In this document: piece after piece, positions 41,092 to 50,034 of the stretch
How the letters are laid out: every line of letters begins with the position of its first letter
Position numbering within the stretch: position 1 is the first letter of the stretch
From: an uncultured Rhodospirillaceae bacterium
GTDB taxonomy: Bacteria > Pseudomonadota > Alphaproteobacteria > MPNO01 > UBA2964
Assembly (NCBI GenBank): GCA_964492555.1
Contig: CAZBKQ010000005.1
Location: forward strand, 8,503-71,580
Direction of reading: 5' to 3'
DNA length: 63,078 nucleotides
Notes under the pieces: generated by a model
Told to the model about the DNA's origin: nothing
What the model saw: only the letters and a program-made list of their open reading frames with translations
The model's database searches: none
Made by a program: the position numbers and the translations under genes

Positions 41092-43428
41092 ATGGTTCAG
41101 AAATTCGGCATCGGACAGCCCGTTCCCCGTTATGAAGACCCGCGCCTGTTGACCGGCGGCGGACGGTATATGGACGACAATACGCTGCCGCGTCAGACGC
41201 GCGCCTATATTCTGCGCTCTCCCTTTGCGCACGCGAAGATCCGTTCCATGGACATTTCAGCGGCCAAGGCGGCCCCCGGGGTGATCGAGGTACTGACCGG
41301 TCAGGATTATGTCGATGACGGGTACGGCATTCTGGAATGTACCCCAAAACGCAAGCGCCGTGACGGTACCCCGATGTATGAGCCCGCCCGCCGCGTCCTG
41401 GTGCTGGACGAGGTCAAGATGGTAGGCGATTACGTCGCCATGGTGATCGCCGAGACGCTGGAGCAGGCGAAAGACGCCGCCGAGCTGATCGAGGTCGATT
41501 ACGAACCGCTGCCCGCGGTTTCCACCCCTTATGAGGCGGCACAGCCCGGCGCGCCCAAGGTGTGGGATGAGTCCGAAGATAATATCTGTTTCGTCCATCT
41601 GGTGGGCGACAAGGAAGCCACCGACGCGGCGATCGCCAAGGCGGCCCATGTGGTGAAGGGGCGTTTGCCGGTGAACCGCAGCGCGCATGCCACGATGGAG
41701 CCGCGCGGCGCGATCGGCGATTACGACGCGGCCCGGGATTTCTGGACGCTCTATACCGCGGTTCATTACCCGTGGCAGGTCCGCGAAGAACTCTGCAACA
41801 AGATTTTCGACGTTCCGGAAAGCAAGATGCGGGTGGTCTGCGGCGATATGGGCGGCAGTTTCGGTCTGCGCGGCGGCACCTATCAGGAAGTCGTGCTGGT
41901 GCTGTGGGCGTCGAAACGCGTCGGGCGGCCGGTGAAATGGGTATGCGAACGTTCCGAAGGGTTCATGAGCGATCATCACGGGCGCGATGTCCATTGGGAA
42001 GGCGAGATCGCGTTGGATGAGAATTTCAGGTTTCTCGGGGTGCGGGCGCAAAGCTGGACCAACGTCGGCGCCTATCTTGCCTCCAAGGGCACGCTGCCGC
42101 CGGTCGCCAATCTCGGGACCATGGCGGGGACATATGATATTCCGGCGATGCATTGTGATGTCTCCGGCGTCTATACCAACACCAACCCGATTTGCCCGTT
42201 CCGGGGCAACGGGCGTCCGGAAGCCTCCTATGTGATCGAACGGCTGATCGACCTCGCGGCGGATGAGCTGGGCGTCGATCCGGCGGAGCTGCGCCGTCGC
42301 AACCAGATCGCGCCGGACGCTATCCCCTACAAGACCGCTTTGGTCTTTACCTATGACAGCGGCAATTTCGGGGACAATCTCGAAAAGGCGCTGGAGATGG
42401 CGGATTATGACGGGTTCGCGGGGCGTAAGGCGGAATCGGAAAAGAACGGCAAGCTGCGCGGCATCGGGATTTCCAACTCTATCGAGCGCGCGGCGGGGCC
42501 GAGCCTGGAACAGGTGCAAATCCGTTTCGATTCCTCGGGCACGGTACAGCTGAATGCCGGCACCAGCCAGCAGGGGCAGGGGCATGAGACGATCTACAAG
42601 CAGATCATGAATGAAACGCTCGGTATTGATCCCGATATCGTCAGCTTTGCTGAGGGGGATACCGCACTGCTGGCTTTTGGCGGCGGCACGGGTGGGTCGC
42701 GCTCGGCCACCATCGGCGGCAGCGCCGTGCTGAAATGCTCGGAAAAAATCATCGAAAAGGCGACAAGGATCGCCGCGCATCAGCTGGAAGCCGCCGAAGC
42801 CGATATCGAATTTTCGGAAGGCACTTTCACTGTCGCCGGCACCGACCGGACGATCAGTCTGACCGAAGTGGCGAAGGCGTCCTACAAGCCGGGCACATTG
42901 CCGCCTGATATTGAGCCTGGACTGGACGCGGTATTCACCTTTGAAGCCACGGCGGAAAACTTTCCCAATGGCTGTCATATCTGTGAGGTGGAGATCGACG
43001 AGGACACCGGCGTGATTGATGTCGTCCGCTATAACGTGGTGGATGATGTCGGGACGGTGCTGAACCCGTTGACCCTGAAGGGGCAGATACAGGGCGGCGT
43101 CGTCCATGGCGTCGGCCAGGCCTTGCTGGAAGAAATCGTATTCGACGGCGATAGCGGACAGCTGATCTCCGGGTCCTTCATGGATTACGCCATGCCGCGC
43201 GCCGATAATCTTTCCTTTATCGAGGTCCAGTCCAACCCGTGCCCGACAGCGACCAACCCGTTGGGCGTGAAAGGCGCGGGCGAGGCGGGAACGGTCGGCG
43301 CGGTGCCCGCCGTGATGAACGCGGTGGTCGATGCGCTTTCGGTTTACGGCATCCGGCATATCGATATGCCGGCGACGCCCGCGAAAGTCTGGCAGGCGAT
43401 ACAGGAGGCGAAGGCGGCCGCCGCCTGA
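41092..43428 (+). CDS. Xanthine dehydrogenase / aldehyde oxidase-family molybdopterin-binding large subunit (CoxL-like, not a form-I CO dehydrogenase)
   Basis: 778 aa. Motifs GQPVPRYEDPRLLTGGGRY, PFRGNGRPEA and GVKGAGEAGTVGA. The AYxCSFR motif of true CO dehydrogenases is absent. Confidence 0.85.
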   Translation: MVQKFGIGQPVPRYEDPRLLTGGGRYMDDNTLPRQTRAYILRSPFAHAKIRSMDISAAKAAPGVIEVLTGQDYVDDGYGILECTPKRKRRDGTPMYEPARRVLVLDEVKMVGDYVAMVIAETLEQAKDAAELIEVDYEPLPAVSTPYEAAQPGAPKVWDESEDNICFVHLVGDKEATDAAIAKAAHVVKGRLPVNRSAHATMEPRGAIGDYDAARDFWTLYTAVHYPWQVREELCNKIFDVPESKMRVVCGDMGGSFGLRGGTYQEVVLVLWASKRVGRPVKWVCERSEGFMSDHHGRDVHWEGEIALDENFRFLGVRAQSWTNVGAYLASKGTLPPVANLGTMAGTYDIPAMHCDVSGVYTNTNPICPFRGNGRPEASYVIERLIDLAADELGVDPAELRRRNQIAPDAIPYKTALVFTYDSGNFGDNLEKALEMADYDGFAGRKAESEKNGKLRGIGISNSIERAAGPSLEQVQIRFDSSGTVQLNAGTSQQGQGHETIYKQIMNETLGIDPDIVSFAEGDTALLAFGGGTGGSRSATIGGSAVLKCSEKIIEKATRIAAHQLEAAEADIEFSEGTFTVAGTDRTISLTEVAKASYKPGTLPPDIEPGLDAVFTFEATAENFPNGCHICEVEIDEDTGVIDVVRYNVVDDVGTVLNPLTLKGQIQGGVVHGVGQALLEEIVFDGDSGQLISGSFMDYAMPRADNLSFIEVQSNPCPTATNPLGVKGAGEAGTVGAVPAVMNAVVDALSVYGIRHIDMPATPAKVWQAIQEAKAAAA

Positions 43429-43438
43429 GGTCATAATC

Positions 43439-44335
43439 ATGCTGATGATCGATAAACCCGTCTGTATGGAAGACGGGGAGGAGCCTCTTTACGGATCGCT
43501 GATCTGGCCGGGAGATAACGAAAACGGCGACGCGGTGCTGATCTGGGCGGGTTCCGGCCCGACCGACCGGGACGGTAACGCGGCGGGACTGCAGAATAAC
43601 AGCATCAAGATTTTGGCGCAGGCGCTCGGCGGGGCGGGTTATGCCGTGCTGCGGACGGACAAGCGCGGGATCGGTGAAAGTCAGGACGCGATGGGCGATG
43701 AATCCGCCATCCGTTTTGGGACCTTCGTCGACGATATGTGTGCCTGGGCCGCCTGGCTGAAACGCGAGGTAAAGCCGAAGCGGCTTTTCCTGCTTGGGCA
43801 CAGCGAAGGCGCGCTTGTCGCCACACTGGCGGCGCAGCGGCTGGAGGCCGACGCACTGATTCTGGTCGCCGGTATCGGGTTTCCGCCGGCGCAGCTTTTG
43901 CGGCGGCAATTGGACAGTCCCGATGTCGCGCTCGCGCCCGACGATCTGCGAACGATTTTCGAGATCATGACGGCGCTGGAAGACGGCAAGACGGTTCCCG
44001 ATATCCCCGAGGAGCTGATGGGGCAGTTCCGTCCGTCGGTGCAGCCTTATCTGATTTCCTGGTTCGCCTATGATCCTGCGGCGGAGCTCGGCAAGGTCGA
44101 GATCCCGACGCTGGTGGTTCAGGGCACGCTGGATTTACAGGTTTCGATGGAAGACGCGGAGCGTCTGGCCGCATCACGCGATGGCATTCGTCTGGCGCGC
44201 ATTCAGGACATGAACCATGTGCTGAAATCGACGACCGATTACAACCCCGATAATTACGGCACCTATAACAAACCCCTCCTACCATTGGCGGAGGGGCTGT
44301 TTTCCGAAATCACGGGATTTATGGATTCGGTTTAG
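43439..44335 (+). CDS. Alpha/beta-fold hydrolase
   Basis: 298 aa from the ATG at 43439 (the track ORF 43331 overlaps the previous gene). Nucleophile elbow GHSEG in LLGHSEGALVA. Confidence 0.8.
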   Translation: MLMIDKPVCMEDGEEPLYGSLIWPGDNENGDAVLIWAGSGPTDRDGNAAGLQNNSIKILAQALGGAGYAVLRTDKRGIGESQDAMGDESAIRFGTFVDDMCAWAAWLKREVKPKRLFLLGHSEGALVATLAAQRLEADALILVAGIGFPPAQLLRRQLDSPDVALAPDDLRTIFEIMTALEDGKTVPDIPEELMGQFRPSVQPYLISWFAYDPAAELGKVEIPTLVVQGTLDLQVSMEDAERLAASRDGIRLARIQDMNHVLKSTTDYNPDNYGTYNKPLLPLAEGLFSEITGFMDSV

Positions 44336-44362
44336 GGCGCAAGGCGCCTGGTTTGATTTTCT

Positions 44363-45439
44363 CTATGCCACCGGGTTGGGGCCGAGATGCGGGAAGGCCG
44401 AATGTTCATGCGGCAAGCGCACCGGCATCGCGTCAGTGACATATTCCGGCGCCAACTGATCGAGCGATGTCACCCCGAGCAGACCCATCGTTGTGGTGAT
44501 TTCCCGCTCCATCAACTCCAGGCACTTCACCAGCCCTTCCGATGCCCCGGCGCCCAGCGCCCAGGCCTGAAGCCGGCCGATCGCCGCGTAATCGGCGCCC
44601 ATCGCGATCGCCTTGATGACGTCGGTGCCGCGCGTGAATCCGCCATCGATAATGATCTTGGCCTTGCCGTTCACCGCCGCGGCAATCTCCGGCAGGGTCT
44701 GGATATTGCCCAGCACATGGTCGAGCTGCCGCCCGCCATGGTTGGAGATATAGATCGCATCGACCCCGTGCTCGACGGCGAGCGCGGCGTCTTCCGCCGT
44801 CATGATGCCCTTGACGATAAACGGCCGGTCGCCGATCTCATCCTGGATCATTTTCACCGTGTCCCAGGTGATCTTTTTCTGCCAGTCGCGGGCGGGCACG
44901 CGGCGCAGGGCAAGCTGTGAGGGGTTGAGCCGTTCGCGGTTGCCGTAGAACGCGCTGTCGACCGTCAGGGTCACGGAGTGATAGTTCGATTTGACCACCC
45001 GTTTGACCAGGTCCTTGATCCAGTCATCATCGCCCCGGACATAAATCTGGAAGCTTTTCGGATGGGGGCTGTTATCGGCGACTTCCTCGAGGCTGGGCTC
45101 GGTCACGGTCGACAGGAAATTGACCGTCCCGAACTGTTCCGCGGCGTCGTCGACATCGAGCGCGCCCTTGGGCGAGAAACGATGGATGCTGCCCATCGGC
45201 GCCATCAGCACCGGCATGCGCAACTTGTGCCCGAAGAAATCGCTGGAGGTGTCGATTTCGCTGACATCGCGGCAGATACGCGGACGAAAGGCCAGGGAAT
45301 CCAGCGCCATCCGGTTGCGGCGTAAAGAGGTCTCGCTCTCGGCGGCGCCGCAGACGTAATCCCAGTTATCCTGATCCATATTGCGCCGGGCCATCAGGAT
45401 CATGTCGTGCATGGTCAGAAAATCGGCATGGGTGGTCAT
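44363..45439 (-). CDS. FMN-dependent alpha-hydroxy-acid dehydrogenase/oxidase, H2
   Basis: 358 aa. Motifs ISNHGGRQLDH and IIDGGFTRGTDV. Confidence 0.88.
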   Translation of the reverse strand: MTTHADFLTMHDMILMARRNMDQDNWDYVCGAAESETSLRRNRMALDSLAFRPRICRDVSEIDTSSDFFGHKLRMPVLMAPMGSIHRFSPKGALDVDDAAEQFGTVNFLSTVTEPSLEEVADNSPHPKSFQIYVRGDDDWIKDLVKRVVKSNYHSVTLTVDSAFYGNRERLNPSQLALRRVPARDWQKKITWDTVKMIQDEIGDRPFIVKGIMTAEDAALAVEHGVDAIYISNHGGRQLDHVLGNIQTLPEIAAAVNGKAKIIIDGGFTRGTDVIKAIAMGADYAAIGRLQAWALGAGASEGLVKCLELMEREITTTMGLLGVTSLDQLAPEYVTDAMPVRLPHEHSAFPHLGPNPVA

Positions 45440-45476
45440 CGGTATCTCCCTGTTGACTTATTTCTTAGAAGGCGGC

Positions 45477-46589
45477 TCAGGTCAGCCGGCCGCCGGGTAT
45501 ATGCGGAAAGGCGCTCATTTCGTGGCTCGGCCCGACCGGGCGCGTCTTGGTCAGATAGGACGGGTTCAGCTGGTCAAGCGAGGTGACGCCCAGCAAGCCC
45601 ATCGCGATCTCGATTTCCGTCTTCAGGATATCGAGGCAATTCATCAGGGCCTGCTGTCCGCCGGCGGCGAGCGCGAAGGCCTGCAACTTGCCGATCCCAA
45701 CGGCCCGGGCGCCGAGCGCGACCGCCTTGACGATGTCGGTTCCCCGCATGAAACCGCCATCGACATAGACTTCCGCCTTTCCGCCGACCGCCTCGACGAT
45801 ATCCGGCAAGACGCCGATACTGCCGCGGTCATGGTCCAGCTGGCGGCCGCCATGGTTTGACACATAGATTGCACTGGCGCCGTGATCGATGGCCATCAAC
45901 GCATCCTCGACGGTGCCGATCCCCTTGATGATCATCGGCCCGTCCCAGATGCGGACCATGTCGTCCCAGATATCCCAGCTCAGCCCGGCGAGATATTCGC
46001 GTCCGGCGGAGTTACGCCGCGTCGGCGGTTCCCAGCCATTCATCTTTTGCCGTTCGCGGTTGCTGTAGACGCAGGTGTCGACGGTGACGACCAGGGCCTT
46101 GTAATTGTGATCCTTGACCCGGCCGAGCAGTTCCTCGATCCATTCGCGCCCGCCCCGCACATAGATCTGATAGAATTTGGGATGCAGCGTGTTAAGGCCG
46201 ATTTCCTCAAGGCTCGGCTGTGTATGGCCGCTTTGAATGTTGATCAGCCCAAGTTCTTCCGCCGCTTCGTCGCTGCATAATGATCCTGCCGGGGTGACGA
46301 TTTGCAGGGATGCCACCGGCGCCAGAAAGACCGGCATCGATGACGGGTGGCCCAGGATGGTTGTCGACATGTCGACCTTCGACACGTCGCGCAGGACACG
46401 CGGAATAAAGGCGAGCGAATCCAGCGCGTGTCTGTTTCGCCGCATGGAGGTTTCGGTCTCGCTGCCGCCGGCGAGATAGTCCCATACCGGCCCGGTCGCG
46501 TTGCGCCGCGCGCGGACAATGATTTCGTGATTGGTCTGAAATTCCCACTCCATCGCGGGCACGGCTCCGAACTTGTTGGATGTTGGCAA
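45477..46589 (-). CDS. FMN-dependent alpha-hydroxy-acid dehydrogenase/oxidase, H3 (tandem with H2)
   Basis: 370 aa. Motifs VSNHGGRQLDH and YVDGGFMRGTDI. The true start could be the internal Met at MEWEF. Confidence 0.85.
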   Translation of the reverse strand: MPTSNKFGAVPAMEWEFQTNHEIIVRARRNATGPVWDYLAGGSETETSMRRNRHALDSLAFIPRVLRDVSKVDMSTTILGHPSSMPVFLAPVASLQIVTPAGSLCSDEAAEELGLINIQSGHTQPSLEEIGLNTLHPKFYQIYVRGGREWIEELLGRVKDHNYKALVVTVDTCVYSNRERQKMNGWEPPTRRNSAGREYLAGLSWDIWDDMVRIWDGPMIIKGIGTVEDALMAIDHGASAIYVSNHGGRQLDHDRGSIGVLPDIVEAVGGKAEVYVDGGFMRGTDIVKAVALGARAVGIGKLQAFALAAGGQQALMNCLDILKTEIEIAMGLLGVTSLDQLNPSYLTKTRPVGPSHEMSAFPHIPGGRLT

Positions 46590-46671
46590 AAACTTTAGTG
46601 CCGGACCGGAAGCTTGTCACCTCGCCGGCGGCGCTTTTACCAGGTCGGTCGGCTGGCGGGGAAAAAGCGAT

Positions 46672-46699
46672 AATATTCGTCTCTAACGAGACAATAATT
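46672..46699. promoter_or_regulatory. Imperfect palindrome in an AT-rich divergent promoter region
   Basis: aatattcGTCTCtaacGAGACaataatt, with a perfect 5-bp core dyad at 46679-83 / 46688-92 and AT-rich flanks. It lies in the 224-nt gap between H3 (-) and the TauD-like gene (+). Confidence 0.3.
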
Positions 46700-46813
46700 T
46701 TCTATGGCAATCATTTGATAAAAAAGAGACCTTTCGATAGGCTTCCGGTCATAAAAAATGTGATGGCGCACAGCGCGATGTATCGCCGCGCCCGGAAACA
46801 GGGAAAATTGATC

Positions 46814-47899
46814 ATGGCGACAGCGACCGAATTGACGACCCGCAAACCCGCGAAGCCTCAGGAACCGGTTATCGACCCGGCGGCGTGGACCAAGGACGAT
46901 CTCGACAGGGATCAGGGCTGGGTTCATCCGCTGACAGAGGGGCAGGTGAAAGAACTCGACGATACCGTCCGGCGTCTTGAAAAGGACGGCGTGGAGTTGA
47001 TGGACATCACGCCGGATATGTATGACATGCCGACGCTGTCGCCGCGTCTGGCGGAGATCAAGGCGGATATTATCGAGGGCAGGGGGCTGGCGGTTATCCG
47101 TGGCGTGCCGGTGGTGGATTACAGCCGCCTGCAATCGGCGATCGCCTTCTGGATTGTAGGGCAGCATATCGGGGAGCCGGTTTCGCAGAATGCCAAGGGG
47201 CATCTGCTGGGACATGTCGCCGATCTTGGGGGGACGACGCTTAAAAACCCGACCCATCGCGGGTATCAGACACATGAAACGCTGCCTTATCACTGCGACA
47301 GCTGCGATATCGTCAGTCTGCTGTGCCTGCATCCATCGAAGAGCGGCGGTGAATCGCTGTTGACCAGTTCGCTCAATCTTTACAACGAAATGCTCAAGCG
47401 CGCGCCTGAACTGGCGGCGGAGTTGAGCAAGCCGATCTATCGCGACCGGCGGAATGAAATTCCCGAGGGCAAGGACCCGTGGTTTATATTGCCTGTATTC
47501 AATTTCTATGAGGGTTACCTGAGCGTCAGTTGGCAGGGCGGCTATATCCGCTCAGCGCAGCGTTTTGAAGAGCTGCCACGGCATTCGGAGGCGCTCAAAC
47601 AGGCGATTGAGCTGTTCACGCAACTTGCCAATGAACTTGCCTATTCGATGGATTTCCGCCATGGCGATATCCAGTTCCTGCACAATCATGTGACGGTCCA
47701 TTCCCGGACGGAGTTCGAGGATTATCCGGAACCCGAACGCCGCCGAAACCTGCTGCGTTTCTGGCTTTCGACCCCGGGGGGGCGGCCGCTGCCTCAGGCC
47801 TATTTCGACCGCTATGGCCATCTGGGGCCGGATGACCGGCCTTCGGGCGGGGTTATCGTACCGGGCACAAAATTCTCAACACCGCTCTATCCCGAATAG
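46814..47899 (+). CDS. TauD/TfdA (clavaminate-synthase-like) Fe(II)/2OG dioxygenase, long divergent member (paralog 6)
   Basis: 361 aa from the ATG at 46814 (the track ORF 46580 runs through the promoter region). HxD in LPYHCDSCD and distal His in FLHNHVTVHSR. Confidence 0.72.
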   Translation: MATATELTTRKPAKPQEPVIDPAAWTKDDLDRDQGWVHPLTEGQVKELDDTVRRLEKDGVELMDITPDMYDMPTLSPRLAEIKADIIEGRGLAVIRGVPVVDYSRLQSAIAFWIVGQHIGEPVSQNAKGHLLGHVADLGGTTLKNPTHRGYQTHETLPYHCDSCDIVSLLCLHPSKSGGESLLTSSLNLYNEMLKRAPELAAELSKPIYRDRRNEIPEGKDPWFILPVFNFYEGYLSVSWQGGYIRSAQRFEELPRHSEALKQAIELFTQLANELAYSMDFRHGDIQFLHNHVTVHSRTEFEDYPEPERRRNLLRFWLSTPGGRPLPQAYFDRYGHLGPDDRPSGGVIVPGTKFSTPLYPE

Positions 47900-47982
47900 G
47901 GTTTGCGGATTAACATAGGTCAAGAATACTGCGGGTCTCATAAAATCTAAATACGCATAACCCCGCGCCACGGAGAGGGAAC

Positions 47983-49191
47983 ATGGAACTACCGACAAGT
48001 GATCGCTATCACAAGATGAGCATCGACAGCTTCAATACGGAGCAGCTGTTGACCAACGCGGCGCGCCAGCGTGATGCCCGCAATTTTCACGAATTTCCGA
48101 TCGTTGATGCCGACACGCATCAATATGAAAGCGAATCTGTTCAGGAAATCATCGATTACATCGAAGACGATGTGCTGCATCAGCTTATTTCCTCCAACCC
48201 GGGCATCATGTCCCGCGGACGTGGCGGATATCAGCCGATCGGCGGCCGGGTAACCCGTTATCCGCTGCGCAAGATCGAGGAAACGCCGGCGGACGGCGTT
48301 CACCGTGATGTCCATTTGGCCCGCCGTCACATGGATGCGATGGGCGTGGATTACATGGGGCTGTTCCCGACAGGCATGTTGTCGGTCGGGCTGATGCCGC
48401 AAAAGGAAATCGAAGTCGCCTATGCGCGGGCCTATTCACGCTGGCTGACCGAAAAGGTCCTGCCGCACGATCCGCGGGTGAAGGGCTTTATCTATCTGCC
48501 GTTCAATACCCCGGAGGAGGCCTATCAGATGGTCCTCGATTTCGGCGACAAGAAGGGCGTCATGGGCTTTCTGGTTACCAGCCCCCGTTATGCGCCGATC
48601 CATGACAATGCCTATATGAAGACCTATTCGCTGATTGAGGAGATGGGCATGCCCATCACTTTCCATTCAGGTTTAAACTGGAACGATCCGCTGATGTCGG
48701 TAACCAACCGCTTCATCTCGGCGCATGCGCTTGGTTTCACGCTTTATAACGTGATTCACATGTGCAACTGGATTACCAACGGGTTGAATGAGCGTTTCCC
48801 CAAGCTGAAGGTCATCTGGACCGAATCCGGTCTCGCCTGGGTGCCGTGGCTGGGTCAGCGTCTCGACAATGATTACAAGATGCGGGTCAGTGAATGTCCG
48901 TCCCTGAAAAAGCTGCCGAGCGAATACATGAAGGACATGTATTACACCAGTCAGCCGATGGAAATTCCGAACGATCACAGCTTCCTTGAATCGACGTTCA
49001 AATTCATCAATGCTGAAACGCAGCTGCTTTACGCATCCGACTATCCGCATTGGGATATGGATTTGCCGAGCACCATTTACGATCTGCCGTTCCTCGATGA
49101 GACCGCGAAGCGGAACATCCTCGGCGGTAACGCGATCAAGGTGTTCAATATGGATGTGTCGGACCGCTATCCTGACTACAAGGCGGCGTAG
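47983..49191 (+). CDS. Amidohydrolase-2 family protein (ACMSD / LigW / gamma-resorcylate decarboxylase-type metal-dependent hydrolase/decarboxylase), A1
   Basis: 402 aa. Motifs PIVDADTHQYE, ITFHSG and ASDYPHWDMD. RBS GGAGAGGG. Confidence 0.8.
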   Translation: MELPTSDRYHKMSIDSFNTEQLLTNAARQRDARNFHEFPIVDADTHQYESESVQEIIDYIEDDVLHQLISSNPGIMSRGRGGYQPIGGRVTRYPLRKIEETPADGVHRDVHLARRHMDAMGVDYMGLFPTGMLSVGLMPQKEIEVAYARAYSRWLTEKVLPHDPRVKGFIYLPFNTPEEAYQMVLDFGDKKGVMGFLVTSPRYAPIHDNAYMKTYSLIEEMGMPITFHSGLNWNDPLMSVTNRFISAHALGFTLYNVIHMCNWITNGLNERFPKLKVIWTESGLAWVPWLGQRLDNDYKMRVSECPSLKKLPSEYMKDMYYTSQPMEIPNDHSFLESTFKFINAETQLLYASDYPHWDMDLPSTIYDLPFLDETAKRNILGGNAIKVFNMDVSDRYPDYKAA

Positions 49192-49205
49192 CGGACAACT
49201 TTCGT

Positions 49206-49240
49206 CGAAGGCCGGGGCCAACCCCGGCCTTCGTTCTCTA
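49206..49240 (+). terminator. Intrinsic terminator after A1
   Basis: Perfect 12-bp stem cgaaggccgggg (49206-17) / ccccggccttcg (49222-33) with loop ccaa, followed by ttctct. Confidence 0.75.
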
Positions 49241-49303
49241 TAGAAACAGGGTAATCGGGACCGATAATCCCGAAAAGAACAAAGGTCAGAAAGGCAAGAG
49301 GAA

Positions 49304-49675
49304 ATGGCTAAGGAAATTCTCGTCGGCAAGACTTCCGAATTTGAGGAAGGCGGCAAAAAAATCGTTCCCAATGGGAAAAGCGAAATCGGCGTCTATCTGG
49401 TGAAGGGCGAATGGTTCGCCTATCAGAATCTGTGCCCGCATCAGGGCGGCCCGGCCTGTGAAGGGTTGTTGATGGCCAAGGTCGAGGAAGTCATCGACCC
49501 GGAGAAAAAGACCTATCACGGCATGCGCTTCAATCATGACGAAATGCATATCGTCTGCCCGTGGCATGGTTGGGAATTCCGTATGGATGACGGCGTCGCT
49601 TGCGGCGATTCCAAGTGGAAGTTGCGCAAGTATGATGTCGAGGTTCGGGGAGACGAGGTCTATGTCCTCGCCTGA
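49304..49675 (+). CDS. Rieske [2Fe-2S] domain protein (small ferredoxin-like component)
   Basis: 123 aa. The CPHQGG ... CPWHGWEF spacing fits the Rieske CxH...CxxH ligand pattern. Confidence 0.85.
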   Translation: MAKEILVGKTSEFEEGGKKIVPNGKSEIGVYLVKGEWFAYQNLCPHQGGPACEGLLMAKVEEVIDPEKKTYHGMRFNHDEMHIVCPWHGWEFRMDDGVACGDSKWKLRKYDVEVRGDEVYVLA

Positions 49676-50012
49676 GGAAAGGGTCGCAGACCCGCGCGAG
49701 GCCGATCTGCCCGAAGGCGGGGAGGTAATCGCCCACATTCCCGAGGAAGAGAAGCTTCTCAAGGAATGGTCCGCCAAGATCGCCGCGTTGCCGGAAGGGG
49801 AGCCCATTCCCGACCATCTGGTCAAGGAAGGGATTACAGCGCTGACGCGGCTGTATTCGACCAAATTCCAGTTGGGAGAACGGTGGGAGCCGTTCTCCGA
49901 CAATAACGTCGTGCCGGCGACGGCGGCGATGATCATGTGCACCGCCATGATGCGCCAGGTGAATGTGGAAGTGTTCGAGCTCGGCATGTGGCAGTCCTGG
50001 TCGGGCGCCTGA
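49662..50012 (+). CDS. Hypothetical protein (116 aa), overlapping the Rieske gene by 14 nt
   Basis: The ATG at 49662 lies in frame within track ORF 49536-50012. The acidic N-terminus gives way to a hydrophobic C-terminal half (VVPATAAMIMCTAMM). I recognise no family. It sits immediately upstream of A2. Confidence 0.55.
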   Translation: MSSPEERVADPREADLPEGGEVIAHIPEEEKLLKEWSAKIAALPEGEPIPDHLVKEGITALTRLYSTKFQLGERWEPFSDNNVVPATAAMIMCTAMMRQVNVEVFELGMWQSWSGA

Positions 50013-50034
50013 ACGATTAGCGAAGGGAAGCGTT

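Noticed and set aside
49536-49661. The upstream portion of track ORF 49536-50012, which runs out of frame through the 3' half of the Rieske gene.
   Set aside because: It overlaps the Rieske coding sequence, including the CPWHGWEF ligand motif, in another frame. The internal ATG at 49662 gives a compact 14-nt overlap instead.
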